A DNA stretch of 64,000 nucleotides from NCBI GenBank assembly GCA_005222975.1, contig NJBI01000010.1, positions 19,921-83,920 on the forward strand. Direction: 5' to 3'. Below the pieces are notes generated by a model that was not told where the DNA came from, made no database searches, and worked only from the letters and a program-made list of their open reading frames with translations. The position numbers and the translations under genes were made by a program. Positions 40,262-50,916 of this stretch are shown one piece after another. The first letter of the stretch is position 1, and each line of letters opens with the position of its first letter. This stretch comes from Promethearchaeota archaeon Loki_b31 (GTDB lineage Archaea > Asgardarchaeota > Lokiarchaeia > Sigyniarchaeales > SOKP01).

Positions 40262-41365
40262 ATGCCTGTCGGATTAGTTGTAATGAAATGGGATGAACGA
40301 GTCGGTACTGAAATCCTAGCGAAGTATCCCGAAGAAATCGTAATCACAGATAAAACTCTTATGCAGGTGTACAGCACGCACGAGTACAGTGGGGAATCGG
40401 GGATGATTAGTTTAATGGTTGGTTCATTAAACATTGCTTCATATTACACGGGACCAGAAAAAGGGTATTATATACTCTTACTTTTAAACCTGGACGATGA
40501 TCCTGATGCGTACGAAGGAGGCTTAATCGATACATCAAAAATCATTTTACAAAATCTTGAGGACGGTGCTTTTATACAATTAGTTCCTTCATTATTTAGG
40601 AGGGTATCTATGTATCCAACCTTAAACGAAGAGCAGCGATTAGCAATTACGTATCAAGACGACATAAAACGAATGATTATCAACCGTTTAAGGGAAGAAG
40701 GCGTAGTTTCAAAATCAGAGTTAATGATTTGGCTAAAAGATAGATATAAACAAGATTTTGTTGATTTAGAAGGAGTTGTCATAGAACTCATTAAAAGAGA
40801 CATCATAAAAGAAACATCAGTGAAGGGGATGCCTTCAGAATTAATCTTTCTAACAAACGATTTAATAATGATGCGCGTTCCAGCAATCCAACTTTTCAAG
40901 GATCCAAGCGATAGGGGCTTACCTTCCCAACTTAGCGATGATTACACAACAGAATCCAAGAAATTTTTTCAAAACTATCGTCCTTCAGAACAAGACAACC
41001 TAAAAGTTATAGAAATTCTCGTAAACCCTCAAGCCTACGAAGTATTGAGATTACTGAGGACCGCTATTGTTACTAAAAACGATCTTGAAAAACTGAAAAA
41101 GAAAGGAGTCGAAGACATAGATGATGTTTTGAAATCTCTATGGGAAAATCAGATGATTCAGGTTTTCCGAGACGATAGGAACAACGAATACTACGCTCTT
41201 ATTTCTGACTTTCACATAGCTTTAATATTTCCAAAATATTTATTGAATGTTATTAAAGCGGAATACGATAAAAAATCCAAAGCCGATCAAGTGCTAATAG
41301 AATATCTAAATGTTCTTGAAAATACGTTTTTAAATTTAAAATCAGCCACAAAATCAAAAGAATAA
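40262..41365 (+). CDS. Longin/uDENN-like N-domain plus tandem winged-helix protein, copy 1
   Basis: GLVVMKWDERVGTEILAKYP beta-hairpin pattern typical of uDENN/NPRL2 longins; two wHTH-like segments; 367-aa paralog of 45981..47084. Confidence 0.7.
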   Translation: MPVGLVVMKWDERVGTEILAKYPEEIVITDKTLMQVYSTHEYSGESGMISLMVGSLNIASYYTGPEKGYYILLLLNLDDDPDAYEGGLIDTSKIILQNLEDGAFIQLVPSLFRRVSMYPTLNEEQRLAITYQDDIKRMIINRLREEGVVSKSELMIWLKDRYKQDFVDLEGVVIELIKRDIIKETSVKGMPSELIFLTNDLIMMRVPAIQLFKDPSDRGLPSQLSDDYTTESKKFFQNYRPSEQDNLKVIEILVNPQAYEVLRLLRTAIVTKNDLEKLKKKGVEDIDDVLKSLWENQMIQVFRDDRNNEYYALISDFHIALIFPKYLLNVIKAEYDKKSKADQVLIEYLNVLENTFLNLKSATKSKE

Positions 41366-41373
41366 TTTTCGTA

Positions 41374-41390
41374 AATTTTTTTTTTTTTTT
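41374..41390 (+). terminator. Archaeal oligo-T terminator
   Basis: Long T run immediately after the stop of 40262..41365. Confidence 0.55.
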
Positions 41391-41747
41391 AATCTATTTA
41401 GTTTTAATGGGCAAAATTTTACTTACTAGAAGGATGTACTCACACCAGTTTCAATAGCACAGTCTGAAAATTTTAAGGTAAACAAATCTGCTCTTGGTTG
41501 TTCAGATAAATATATAATTAAAAAAAACTATATTAGATTATTTTACTAAAGATGGGAGAGTTTAAGTAATGAAATGAATTTATAAGGCATTAATTTTCTA
41601 TTACAATTATTATGTCAGAGTAATATTTAGAATTGTTTTATATTAGGGAAAAATTAAATATGAGATACTTGATCATTATTTTAATAATAAAAATTCTCGA
41701 AGAATTTTTAATACTTTATAACAAAAAGCATAAAATAGGTAATCTTA

Positions 41748-44700
41748 ATGAATAGAATTAAAAGCAAAAAGACTCAATTAAAGACATTATTAATGTTATT
41801 GATTTTGGGATTTACAACTATTTATATTAATTATGCTATGTTTACCATGACTAATTCAGATGTTTCTAATGAACCCGATAATGACATAAACATGCCAAAA
41901 ACAAATGAAGTTAGCCTTTCTGATTGGTGGAATGCATCATTCTTTTACAGAAAGCTTATTAATATTACGAATCCTAATGCTGTAGATTTAACTGATTTTA
42001 CCACCTATATTACTTTCAATTATACCGATTTAGTTTCTCAAGGGCATATGAATTCAAGTTTGTATGACATAAGAATAGTGGAAAATGGTATTTTGAGAAA
42101 TTATTATTACAGAATTGATTATCCTAATACTGATTACGCTACAGTATGGTTCAAGACAAACTGTTCTTCAAGTGCTACTGAATATGATACCTTCCTATAT
42201 TATGGAAACAATTCAGTTGGATGTGCTGAAAGTTATTATATGTCACAGGATCCTGAAGGGCTAATTTGGTATTCTTTTGAAAATGATAATACTGGAGTTA
42301 TTGTTGATAAATTAGCAAATTATAATGCTACAACATATAATAATCCGGGTCATACTGATGGAAAGGTGGGAGATTATTCACTCAGTTTTAACGGGAATAC
42401 TCAGTATTTGGGAATACAAGGAAAAAATTATAATACTGTTGGTGCTCTTGGTGAATTAACTATAGGTTTATGGTTTCAAACTTCATACAACGTAGGATCT
42501 TGGACTAATAATTGGGCATTCTTTGATTACGATCGTTCAGAATATTTTAATTTTTTTATACGACCAGATACAGGACAACTAGGATTCTCCACCTCTAGAA
42601 GTGGTATTGACGATTTTTATAGTGCTACTGGCGGATTTAATGATGGAGAATGGCATTATGCTGTAGCAGTGTATGATGGTACAAATAAATATATTTATAT
42701 TGATCCATCCACAGGCCAACCAGATAACACAGATTTGGATTCTCACTCTGGATTAGCAATTGGGACAGGGACATCCCGATACGGAATAATTGGAGACGGT
42801 TCTGAAGCAACTAGTGTGGGTACTCCCAGAAATAACATTTATTATCAAGGATTAATGGATGAGATTAGATATTATGAGCGTGCTTTAGCTGGCCAAGAAA
42901 TAGAATGGCTATTTAAGGATTATAAGTTATCAGCTTCCTTAAATGAAGAACAGCAACAATTAGCTCAAGTGATTTTCACTTGTTATGATGTTGATGGCAG
43001 GATTGTCCCTAATGCAGAAATCTCTTTAATTAACGGTACCGATGGATCAATGGTGGCAATTCAAAACACATCTTCAGACGGATCAGCAAGATTCAATCAG
43101 CTAAATTATGGTTCTTATAACATTACAATAAATTATACATTAAATTCTGGAATAGAGGGTGTTGTTTATGACAGTACTCAAAGCAAATATGGTGGTCCTA
43201 CTCAATATTTATTGACAGGGCTTTACCATACTTTTGATATTAATGTAGATATTTGGACCATAGATTTCGAAATTGTTGATTGGGATAATAATCCATTAAA
43301 CCACGGATATATAGAGATTAGTAATGATTCAAGTAGTCCTGTATTTGAGACATTACAACTCGATAGCGAAGGAAAAATGGTATTCCGATGGCATAATAGA
43401 GCCTCATATTATTATAAAGTCTATTATCAAAATGCAGATTATAACCCAGCTATTACACCATTAAATGCAAGTGATATTTATAGAAATACTTACATCTCAA
43501 ATCAAAAATATTATAGCCAAAGTATTAAAGTAAATGAGACAAATATCGCATCAGCTGGCTTCTTCTCTATAAAGGAAAGCATATTTTCGGGGGGTTCTTC
43601 GACCGAGCTAAGCTATAAAAAGATTTTGAAGGCTAATATTATGTTATTAAATATGATTGACCATTTGGATTCAGTGAAGATTTACTATATTAATAAGGAG
43701 AATAAAACTTTTACATCAATTCCAGGGGATCATCTAATTTTTCAAAATACATCATATGGAATAAGTGATACAACTGATTTCATTCAAATTGATATGAGAA
43801 ATCCAACAGAATCTAGTACCCCTCTAATTAATGATAATTATGAAGTTTTTGGACTGTATTTGGAAGTGGATGGAACAAATGCTACTCAGTGTAATGGAAT
43901 AATTCAAATAGATACTCTCGAAACTCTTAATGTTTATAATAAAACAGCTCTAGCTAAAATAAATATTAGAGTAGTAGATGAACCTCCAAATAGAGTCCCC
44001 GTTCCTAGTGTAATTGTTCATGTTTTCAATGGATCGATTTCAGACTCGAATTCAGTTGTTAACTTGACTACTGATCAAGATGGATATGCCTATGGAACCC
44101 AAAATTCAGATATAAGTTTCTGGTTTTTACGAGGTGTTTCATATAATTTTACTGTGGAATTTTTTGGAGCTCAAGATAAGCAATTCAGTGTAAACTATAC
44201 ATCTCCTTCCCAATGGATGCCGACATATCCAACTGTGGTTACAAATTATAATTACACTTTAGAAAGTGAATCTTCTATTATATTTGAATTAATAATTGAT
44301 TCAAGTAAATTTATAACACTGTTTGAAAATTCATATGGAGATATAGAAGCCGATTGGGGGGAATTTATAACATATTCAGTTAATTTCACTTATTCTACTG
44401 ATGGGGGTATTAGTTGGCATCCCATAACTTCAACTGATGAGATTCAGGCAACGATTAAGGATTTTGATGGCTTTCCTGTATTATACCAAAATTTACAATC
44501 TTTGGGTAATGGTAATTTCAGTGTATCTTTTAACTCAAGTGTCTTATCAGCAGGTTTTGATAGTATAATTTATACTATAGAAATCACAGGAGAAATATCC
44601 GGTTATGGATCACCTGGCATTGAAACATATGTCCTCCAACTTTTAGCTACTCCGACTTCCTCAAATGTCCATGATTATGACAATCCTACACAAACTTTAA

Positions 44701-45980
44701 CTCAAATTACTCAGTATTACAACGAATTAATTAATATCACAGTTTCATATTTCCCGACATCTAGTCCAACTTTTTTATTACACAACGCGATTCTAAGTTA
44801 TAGTTGGGATTATGGATCAGGATTTAATATAGGTGAAGATCCAATCAATCCTGGTTATTATTCATTTGAAATTAATACCTCAGCAGCGCCTACTACTGGA
44901 ACATACAGCATTGATATTAGTATTGAGTTAGAAAATTATACAAGAAGTAATTTTGCTATACTTATGGATATTAAACCAAGATTTACGACCTTAAATGACA
45001 CTAGTACATTATATTATGTCTCAATAGATGGTTGGATCCACGATGCGTTTAATTTAACCTTTGAATATAAAGATACTACTGGTACTGCTAATTTTAGGGT
45101 TGGAGATCTAGAACTAGCATACTATTATTGGTATCAACTTGCTGATGATGGAACACCCATAGGATCCCCAAGTTCTAATATTGATCTTATAGAAAATGAG
45201 GATAACTTATACATATTAGACTTTGATACAGAAACGAGAGATATTGGAAAATACGCGATATTTATAACCTTACAAAAGAATAATTATGAAGCAAGGAATG
45301 CATTTATCAACCTAGAGATTAAAGAACGGACAATTGACCATCTGATTTCAGCTACAGGATTAAGTGGTTCACGAATAAATGTTATCCAAGGTGAAAATAT
45401 TATTATTACGCTAGATTTAAAAGATGAGTCTAGAAATATGGCTGAATTAACAGGAGCTATAGTGAGTTTAACAATAGGTTCTTCCCAATATTCTTTTGTG
45501 GAGCTTGGGAATGGTACATATCAACTAGTTTTTCCAACTGAAGATTTAAATGCTTTCTTTTTACCCCAGACTCTATTGGGAACCATTAAAATATCTAAAG
45601 AGGATTTTGTAACTGAAAATGTTTCAATAACAATAGTTATTGGAATGACTGAAATTTTCCCTGGATTTCCAATATTCTATTTCTTAATAATTGTTGTTGG
45701 AGTTGTTGCTGTTGTTGGTAGCTTAGTGACATATCGGCAAATACAAAGAGCACGGATTCCTACTTTCGTTAAGAAAGTAAGAGAGATGAGCAAAGGTATA
45801 AAAGGAAGAAAATCTATTTCAGACTCGCTTTTATATCCATCTAAGGAAGAATTTATCATAAAAAGACTAGGAGATAAATGGGAAATGCTTGGATTATCGT
45901 TAGAAGAAATCTTGGGAATTGATACTAAGAAGAAAAAGAAATTACCGGAATCTACAGAAGGTAAAGTAGGTGCTTTCTAA
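41748..45980 (+). CDS. Large cell-surface glycoprotein (DUF2341-like, LamG and Ig-like domains, C-terminal TM and ~80-aa cytoplasmic tail)
   Basis: N-terminal hydrophobic signal, WWNASFFYRKLINI, LamG motifs NDGEWHYAVAVYDG and GLMDEIRYYERAL, dozens of N-x-S/T sequons, and TM FYFLIIVVGVVAVVGSLV. Confidence 0.88.
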   Translation: MNRIKSKKTQLKTLLMLLILGFTTIYINYAMFTMTNSDVSNEPDNDINMPKTNEVSLSDWWNASFFYRKLINITNPNAVDLTDFTTYITFNYTDLVSQGHMNSSLYDIRIVENGILRNYYYRIDYPNTDYATVWFKTNCSSSATEYDTFLYYGNNSVGCAESYYMSQDPEGLIWYSFENDNTGVIVDKLANYNATTYNNPGHTDGKVGDYSLSFNGNTQYLGIQGKNYNTVGALGELTIGLWFQTSYNVGSWTNNWAFFDYDRSEYFNFFIRPDTGQLGFSTSRSGIDDFYSATGGFNDGEWHYAVAVYDGTNKYIYIDPSTGQPDNTDLDSHSGLAIGTGTSRYGIIGDGSEATSVGTPRNNIYYQGLMDEIRYYERALAGQEIEWLFKDYKLSASLNEEQQQLAQVIFTCYDVDGRIVPNAEISLINGTDGSMVAIQNTSSDGSARFNQLNYGSYNITINYTLNSGIEGVVYDSTQSKYGGPTQYLLTGLYHTFDINVDIWTIDFEIVDWDNNPLNHGYIEISNDSSSPVFETLQLDSEGKMVFRWHNRASYYYKVYYQNADYNPAITPLNASDIYRNTYISNQKYYSQSIKVNETNIASAGFFSIKESIFSGGSSTELSYKKILKANIMLLNMIDHLDSVKIYYINKENKTFTSIPGDHLIFQNTSYGISDTTDFIQIDMRNPTESSTPLINDNYEVFGLYLEVDGTNATQCNGIIQIDTLETLNVYNKTALAKINIRVVDEPPNRVPVPSVIVHVFNGSISDSNSVVNLTTDQDGYAYGTQNSDISFWFLRGVSYNFTVEFFGAQDKQFSVNYTSPSQWMPTYPTVVTNYNYTLESESSIIFELIIDSSKFITLFENSYGDIEADWGEFITYSVNFTYSTDGGISWHPITSTDEIQATIKDFDGFPVLYQNLQSLGNGNFSVSFNSSVLSAGFDSIIYTIEITGEISGYGSPGIETYVLQLLATPTSSNVHDYDNPTQTLTQITQYYNELINITVSYFPTSSPTFLLHNAILSYSWDYGSGFNIGEDPINPGYYSFEINTSAAPTTGTYSIDISIELENYTRSNFAILMDIKPRFTTLNDTSTLYYVSIDGWIHDAFNLTFEYKDTTGTANFRVGDLELAYYYWYQLADDGTPIGSPSSNIDLIENEDNLYILDFDTETRDIGKYAIFITLQKNNYEARNAFINLEIKERTIDHLISATGLSGSRINVIQGENIIITLDLKDESRNMAELTGAIVSLTIGSSQYSFVELGNGTYQLVFPTEDLNAFFLPQTLLGTIKISKEDFVTENVSITIVIGMTEIFPGFPIFYFLIIVVGVVAVVGSLVTYRQIQRARIPTFVKKVREMSKGIKGRKSISDSLLYPSKEEFIIKRLGDKWEMLGLSLEEILGIDTKKKKKLPESTEGKVGAF

Positions 45981-47084
45981 ATGCCTGTCGGATTAGTAGT
46001 CATGAAATGGGACGAAAGAGTCGGTACTGAAATCCTAGCGAAGTATCCCGAAGAGATTGTAATCACGGATAAAACTCTTATGCAGGTGTACAGCACGCAC
46101 GAGTATAGTGGGGAATCGGGGATGATTAGTTTAATGGTTGGTTCATTAAACATTGCTTCATATTACACGGGACCAGAAAAAGGGTATTATATACTCTTAC
46201 TTTTAAACCTGGACGATGATCCTGATGCGTACGAAGGAGGTTTGGCTGATGCATCACGGATAATCTTACAAAACCTTGAAGACGAAGGGTATGTGCAGCT
46301 TGTTCCTTCGCTTTTCAGGAGATTGTCAGTGTATCCAACCTTAAACGAAGAGCAGCGATTAGCAATTACTTATCAAGATGAAATTAAAAGGATGATTATC
46401 AATCGTCTAAGGGAAGAAGGTGCTGTCTCAAAATCAGAGTTAATAGTTTGGTTAAAGGACAAGTATAGACAAGGATTTGTCGATTTAGAAGGCATATTAA
46501 TTGAATTGATTAAAAGGGAGCTTATTAAAGAAACTTCAGTAAAGGGGATGCCCTCTGAATTGATTTTTCTTACAAATGACATTTTAATGTTGCGAATTCC
46601 TCCAGTTCAATTACTCAAAGATCCTGCCGATAAAGGGTTGCCTTCTCAATTGGCCGCAGACTATAGAACTGAAACGAAGAAATATTTCCAAAATTATCGT
46701 CCTTCTGAACAAGACAACCTAAGAGTCATAGAAATTATCATAAATCCTCAAGTTTACGAGACTTTGCGATTGTTACGAACTGCAATTGTAACTAAAAACG
46801 ACCTTGAGAAGTTAAAAAAGAAAGGCGTCGACGACATTGACGAAGTTTTGAAAATATTATGGGAAAGGCAAATAATTCAAGTATTCCAAGACGATAGAAA
46901 CAACGAATATTACGCGCTAGTGTCAGATTTTTTCATAGATAAGATATTTCCAAAATATTTGTTGAATGTAATCAAAGCTGAATACGAGAAGAAATCAGAA
47001 GCTGATCAAGTTTTACTAGAATACTTAACTGTCCTCGAAAACGCATATCTTAACTTAAAATCAGCAGTTAAATCCGAAGAATAA
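45981..47084 (+). CDS. Longin/uDENN-like N-domain plus tandem winged-helix protein, copy 2
   Basis: First 88 aa are identical to copy 1; the ATG directly abuts the TAA of the surface-protein gene. Confidence 0.7.
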   Translation: MPVGLVVMKWDERVGTEILAKYPEEIVITDKTLMQVYSTHEYSGESGMISLMVGSLNIASYYTGPEKGYYILLLLNLDDDPDAYEGGLADASRIILQNLEDEGYVQLVPSLFRRLSVYPTLNEEQRLAITYQDEIKRMIINRLREEGAVSKSELIVWLKDKYRQGFVDLEGILIELIKRELIKETSVKGMPSELIFLTNDILMLRIPPVQLLKDPADKGLPSQLAADYRTETKKYFQNYRPSEQDNLRVIEIIINPQVYETLRLLRTAIVTKNDLEKLKKKGVDDIDEVLKILWERQIIQVFQDDRNNEYYALVSDFFIDKIFPKYLLNVIKAEYEKKSEADQVLLEYLTVLENAYLNLKSAVKSEE

Positions 47085-47238
47085 TTTTTTATTTTAACTT
47101 TTTTTTTATTCTTATCTTTTTTTAATTATGGAGTGTTATTGAATTAGTTATATCTTCTTAATAATGATCAAATTTTTGTTTTTATTACTAAATAAAAAAA
47201 TTTTTCAATATTAATCAATTATTATTTTTGATGTAATT

Positions 47239-48555
47239 ATGGATAGTACTGAAAAATATTTAGATACGCCAGAAGCAATAGGTTTAGATGGTATTGATTT
47301 AGAGAAATATATTATCGCAAGTTATATCATCAAGCGACCAAAAGGAATGAATGTGAATTATTTATCCCGATTTGCGGCAATTGAACAATCGACAGGAACT
47401 TGGGTTCGAGTACCGGCTGAAACTGAAGAAGTGAGAAAAAATCACGTGGCTCGTGTATTAGGTGTCTATGAAATACCACATTACGAATATGTGATTCCAA
47501 AGGATGTTAAGGAGCGATTATATTTCGTTCAGATTGGTTTCCCAATAATAAATATTAAGGGAGATGGAATTCCAATGCTGCTTACTTCAGTTATTGGTAA
47601 TATTAGTATTACACATGGACTGAAATTAGTTGATCTCGCGTTTCCAAAAGAATATTTAAAAGATTTCAAGGGTCCAAAATTTGGAATTGATGGGCTTAGA
47701 AAACTTTTGAAAGTGCCCGAAAGGCCATTGTTAAATAATATGGTAAAACCATGTACGGGACATACATGTGAAGTCGCTGCGGACTTAGTATATCAAGCTG
47801 CAGTTGGAGGTTGTGATGTCGTAAAAGACGACGAGTTAATTTCAAACCCATCGTTTAACACTTTGGAAGACAGAATTAGCGCAGTTATGGAAAGTATCGA
47901 TAGAGCAGATTCAGAAAAAGGAGAGAAGACGCTATATACAATAAATATCACCAGTAAATTCCCAGAAATGTTTGAATACGCTGATAAAATGATCGAAATG
48001 GGCGCAAATGCTTTAATGATAAATTATCTCACAGCTGGTTTCGAAGCATTAAGAGCTGTTGCTGAAGATCCTTCAATAAAAGTACCAATCTTAGGACACA
48101 TGGATTTTGCAGGCGCATATTTTGGTGGCCATTGGACAGGATTAACAAGCATGATAACTCTTGCTAAATTTCCAAGAATGTGTGGAGCTGATACAGTTGT
48201 AATTCCTGCACCGTATGGTAAGGCAGAGATATTAGATGAAAGGTACGAACAAAATTTAAAAACTCTCAGATATCCTTGGAAACACATAAAGCCTACACTC
48301 CCGATGCCAAGTGGAGGAATCACGCAAGGAATGGTCGAGAAAACCATGAAAGAAGCAGGTACAGATATTTTAATTGGAAGTGGAGGGGGAATTCATAGCC
48401 ACCCAGATGGTCCAATATCAGGTGCAAAAGCATTTAGGCAAGCAATTCATGCTGTAATGCAAGGGATAAGTGTAAAGGAGTACGCTAAAGAACACAAGGA
48501 ATTGGGAGTAGCCCTTGGAGTGTGGGGTACTGGAAAGACTGCTTTAATCGAATAA
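47239..48555 (+). CDS. RuBisCO-like protein (form IV)
   Basis: EQSTGTW, GPKFG, DVVKDDE, PSGG and GGGIHSHPDG motifs. KPCTG and GHMD replace the KPK and HR motifs of true RuBisCO. Confidence 0.88.
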   Translation: MDSTEKYLDTPEAIGLDGIDLEKYIIASYIIKRPKGMNVNYLSRFAAIEQSTGTWVRVPAETEEVRKNHVARVLGVYEIPHYEYVIPKDVKERLYFVQIGFPIINIKGDGIPMLLTSVIGNISITHGLKLVDLAFPKEYLKDFKGPKFGIDGLRKLLKVPERPLLNNMVKPCTGHTCEVAADLVYQAAVGGCDVVKDDELISNPSFNTLEDRISAVMESIDRADSEKGEKTLYTINITSKFPEMFEYADKMIEMGANALMINYLTAGFEALRAVAEDPSIKVPILGHMDFAGAYFGGHWTGLTSMITLAKFPRMCGADTVVIPAPYGKAEILDERYEQNLKTLRYPWKHIKPTLPMPSGGITQGMVEKTMKEAGTDILIGSGGGIHSHPDGPISGAKAFRQAIHAVMQGISVKEYAKEHKELGVALGVWGTGKTALIE

Positions 48556-48600
48556 AATGTAACTTCTTTTTTCTTTTATTTTTTATTATATTTTCAAATG

Positions 48601-49557
48601 TTATTCTAAGTATCTTCTTAATAAAACTCGTATATTGGGATTGAAATCATTATTTTTTACAACCTCCACAATAGAATTGCCACATAAGTCTAAATACTGG
48701 AGTTTTGGTAATTGTTTGAGGAATTTTAGATTCACTGAATCGCTAATATTATTGTTTGATAATATTAGATGAGTCAAATTTTTTAGTTTAATCAATTCTT
48801 TTATGTTTTTAATTTGATTATTTGAAAGATCCAATCTTTTTAAATGATTTAAATTGTGCAAACCTGATATCTCAGAAATTTCCCGAATGTTGTTTTTCCA
48901 ACCCCATGGAGTGCCTTTAACTTCAAATTCAAGATAATCTGATAAATCTAATTTTTCAACCAGTAATGTATTAGGGTCTAGTTCAAAATATACATTCGGA
49001 ATTTTTTCTATTAGGTGTTTTATAGTTAAATAATTAATTAAAATCTCAGCTAGTTGTGTAGTAGTAAAATTTTTAATTCTATTTGTTTTGAGTAGAGCTT
49101 TTAGAGATTTTTTATACTTTTTATTCTCGAAGCCTTTTTCAATACTCAAAAATTGAATCTTTTTAATTTTCTTCAATTGTTCGATTAAAATTAATTTAGA
49201 ATCATGAGAATTCATTTTTACTAAATATTTTATTACAGTAATTAAGCAATTATAAGAAGTTTCGTGCTGAATCGTCCATTTAAATAGAGTTAAAGTATTA
49301 TGGAGATAATTTTTACCAATATAATTAGCAGAAGCGTTCCTTACAATCTCACTTGAATCAGAAAGTAATAGGTTTTCGAAGAAATTGAATAAATTCTCAT
49401 CTTTTAAATTTATTTTACCTAAGATATTAATAGAATCTGCTCTAATTATATCTTCATCGTAGTTCTCAATGATAGAAATCAACAAATTAGTAGCAGAAGA
49501 TTTATCTAAGAGTTTATTACAGTACTCTTCAAATATAGTTTGAGGATTTAACTCCAT
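48601..49557 (-). CDS. HEAT-like plus leucine-rich-repeat protein
   Basis: FFENLLLSDSSEIVR HEAT-like N-domain; LKRLDLSNNQI-type LRRs. Confidence 0.85.
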   Translation of the reverse strand: MELNPQTIFEEYCNKLLDKSSATNLLISIIENYDEDIIRADSINILGKINLKDENLFNFFENLLLSDSSEIVRNASANYIGKNYLHNTLTLFKWTIQHETSYNCLITVIKYLVKMNSHDSKLILIEQLKKIKKIQFLSIEKGFENKKYKKSLKALLKTNRIKNFTTTQLAEILINYLTIKHLIEKIPNVYFELDPNTLLVEKLDLSDYLEFEVKGTPWGWKNNIREISEISGLHNLNHLKRLDLSNNQIKNIKELIKLKNLTHLILSNNNISDSVNLKFLKQLPKLQYLDLCGNSIVEVVKNNDFNPNIRVLLRRYLE

Positions 49558-49629
49558 TATGTGATAATATTTATAATTAAATGTTTGTACACTGATTTAT
49601 TAATTAAAGATGATCTAAAAATAAAAAAT

Positions 49630-50817
49630 TTAAGTAAATTTACCTTTAGGAACATTCTTAAACAAATCTTTAATTGTAGCTTTTAGTTTGTTGAAAGGTC
49701 TTAAATTTCCCGAAAAGGGCGTACTGATGCCATGATATAAAATTGGTTCTATTTGGTCTTCTACATTTTCGATCTTCCTTAAATTTCCTTCAGATAAGCA
49801 AGAAAGAAAATAGTCATTTTGATATTTTCTAAAAGTTAAAAATCGATACTTTTGAAACCCCAATTTAACAGCAATCCAGCGCGGATACGCGCCAGTGTTT
49901 CCTAACGTATTCGCAGCAATTGCCTCGATTTTGGCAGTTAATAACGATTCTTTCATTTCCATCTCTTCCTCTAGATTCTCAAATTCTCCCGGTGCTTTTA
50001 TGTTCAATTGACCTTCTTTATCAAGTAAGAGCGAAATTACACCAATCGACATTGATGACAATCCAATGTAATCAATTCTTATCCAATCCTCTAAATATGG
50101 AATTTCTTGGTCTGAAAATACATCATGTAATTGTCGATATTCCTTTATAATAAAATTAAGATAACCCTTAAACTTATTATCAATGTCAAATTTTTCTATT
50201 TTTGTTAAATTGTTAATGTCTTTACCTCGTATTAGTTCTGAATAATACTTCGCCATTTGTTCGAGAAACCACTTTCCCTTTTTATCGGGAAAAACTCCAT
50301 AGATTAAATATATGATATTATCCTTTTCGAAGAATTGGCATTTAGCATCTTCGTTATTTTCGGATTTGAGGAGCATCTTGTCAAGGTCTCCACCTAAAAT
50401 ACTAGTAGCAATGAAATCTAAGTTATTTGATAATTCTAATAAATAACTTAATCTACTATTACTTGCAAATAAGGGAATTCTCTCTACCGAGGTTATTCCA
50501 CAGAATTGTATGTATTCTCCTTCTCCCCCTTTTCCGCCCCTTTTTAATATAATCTTTTCGTCGTCTAAAGAAAATTTAGTTGCTACTTGCTTTACTCTGA
50601 CTTTACCTTTTAATTTTGAGGAAGCTGTTGCAATTTTGGGTTTAAATTGTTGGGGGGAAACCTTTTTCGACTCACTAATTTCGGGATCAACATATTCAAA
50701 CAAATTTGCTAAGAATTTTCTACATCTAGGGCAAAGTTGGTCTTCTGGATATGGTTTTACAATTGTATAACCACAATTTTTGCACTTTAGGGTTTTACTA
50801 TTGACTGCTCTAAAAAT
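49630..50817 (-). CDS. Zinc-ribbon plus longin-like domain protein, probable ATT start
   Basis: The frame extends 38 codons upstream of the track start to include CKNC...CPRC. ATT at 50815-50817 follows an in-frame TAA. FFEKDNIIYLIYGVFPDKKGKWFLEQM is a longin-like segment. Confidence 0.7.
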   Translation of the reverse strand: MFRAVNSKTLKCKNCGYTIVKPYPEDQLCPRCRKFLANLFEYVDPEISESKKVSPQQFKPKIATASSKLKGKVRVKQVATKFSLDDEKIILKRGGKGGEGEYIQFCGITSVERIPLFASNSRLSYLLELSNNLDFIATSILGGDLDKMLLKSENNEDAKCQFFEKDNIIYLIYGVFPDKKGKWFLEQMAKYYSELIRGKDINNLTKIEKFDIDNKFKGYLNFIIKEYRQLHDVFSDQEIPYLEDWIRIDYIGLSSMSIGVISLLLDKEGQLNIKAPGEFENLEEEMEMKESLLTAKIEAIAANTLGNTGAYPRWIAVKLGFQKYRFLTFRKYQNDYFLSCLSEGNLRKIENVEDQIEPILYHGISTPFSGNLRPFNKLKATIKDLFKNVPKGKFT

Positions 50818-50916
50818 GTTTTACCAACTCCGCCAAAAAAATTAGGATAGATAATATAAACTAATAATTAATTATTGATGTTTGGAAATAAAAAAGTTTG
50901 TAAATCTAAGTAAAGA

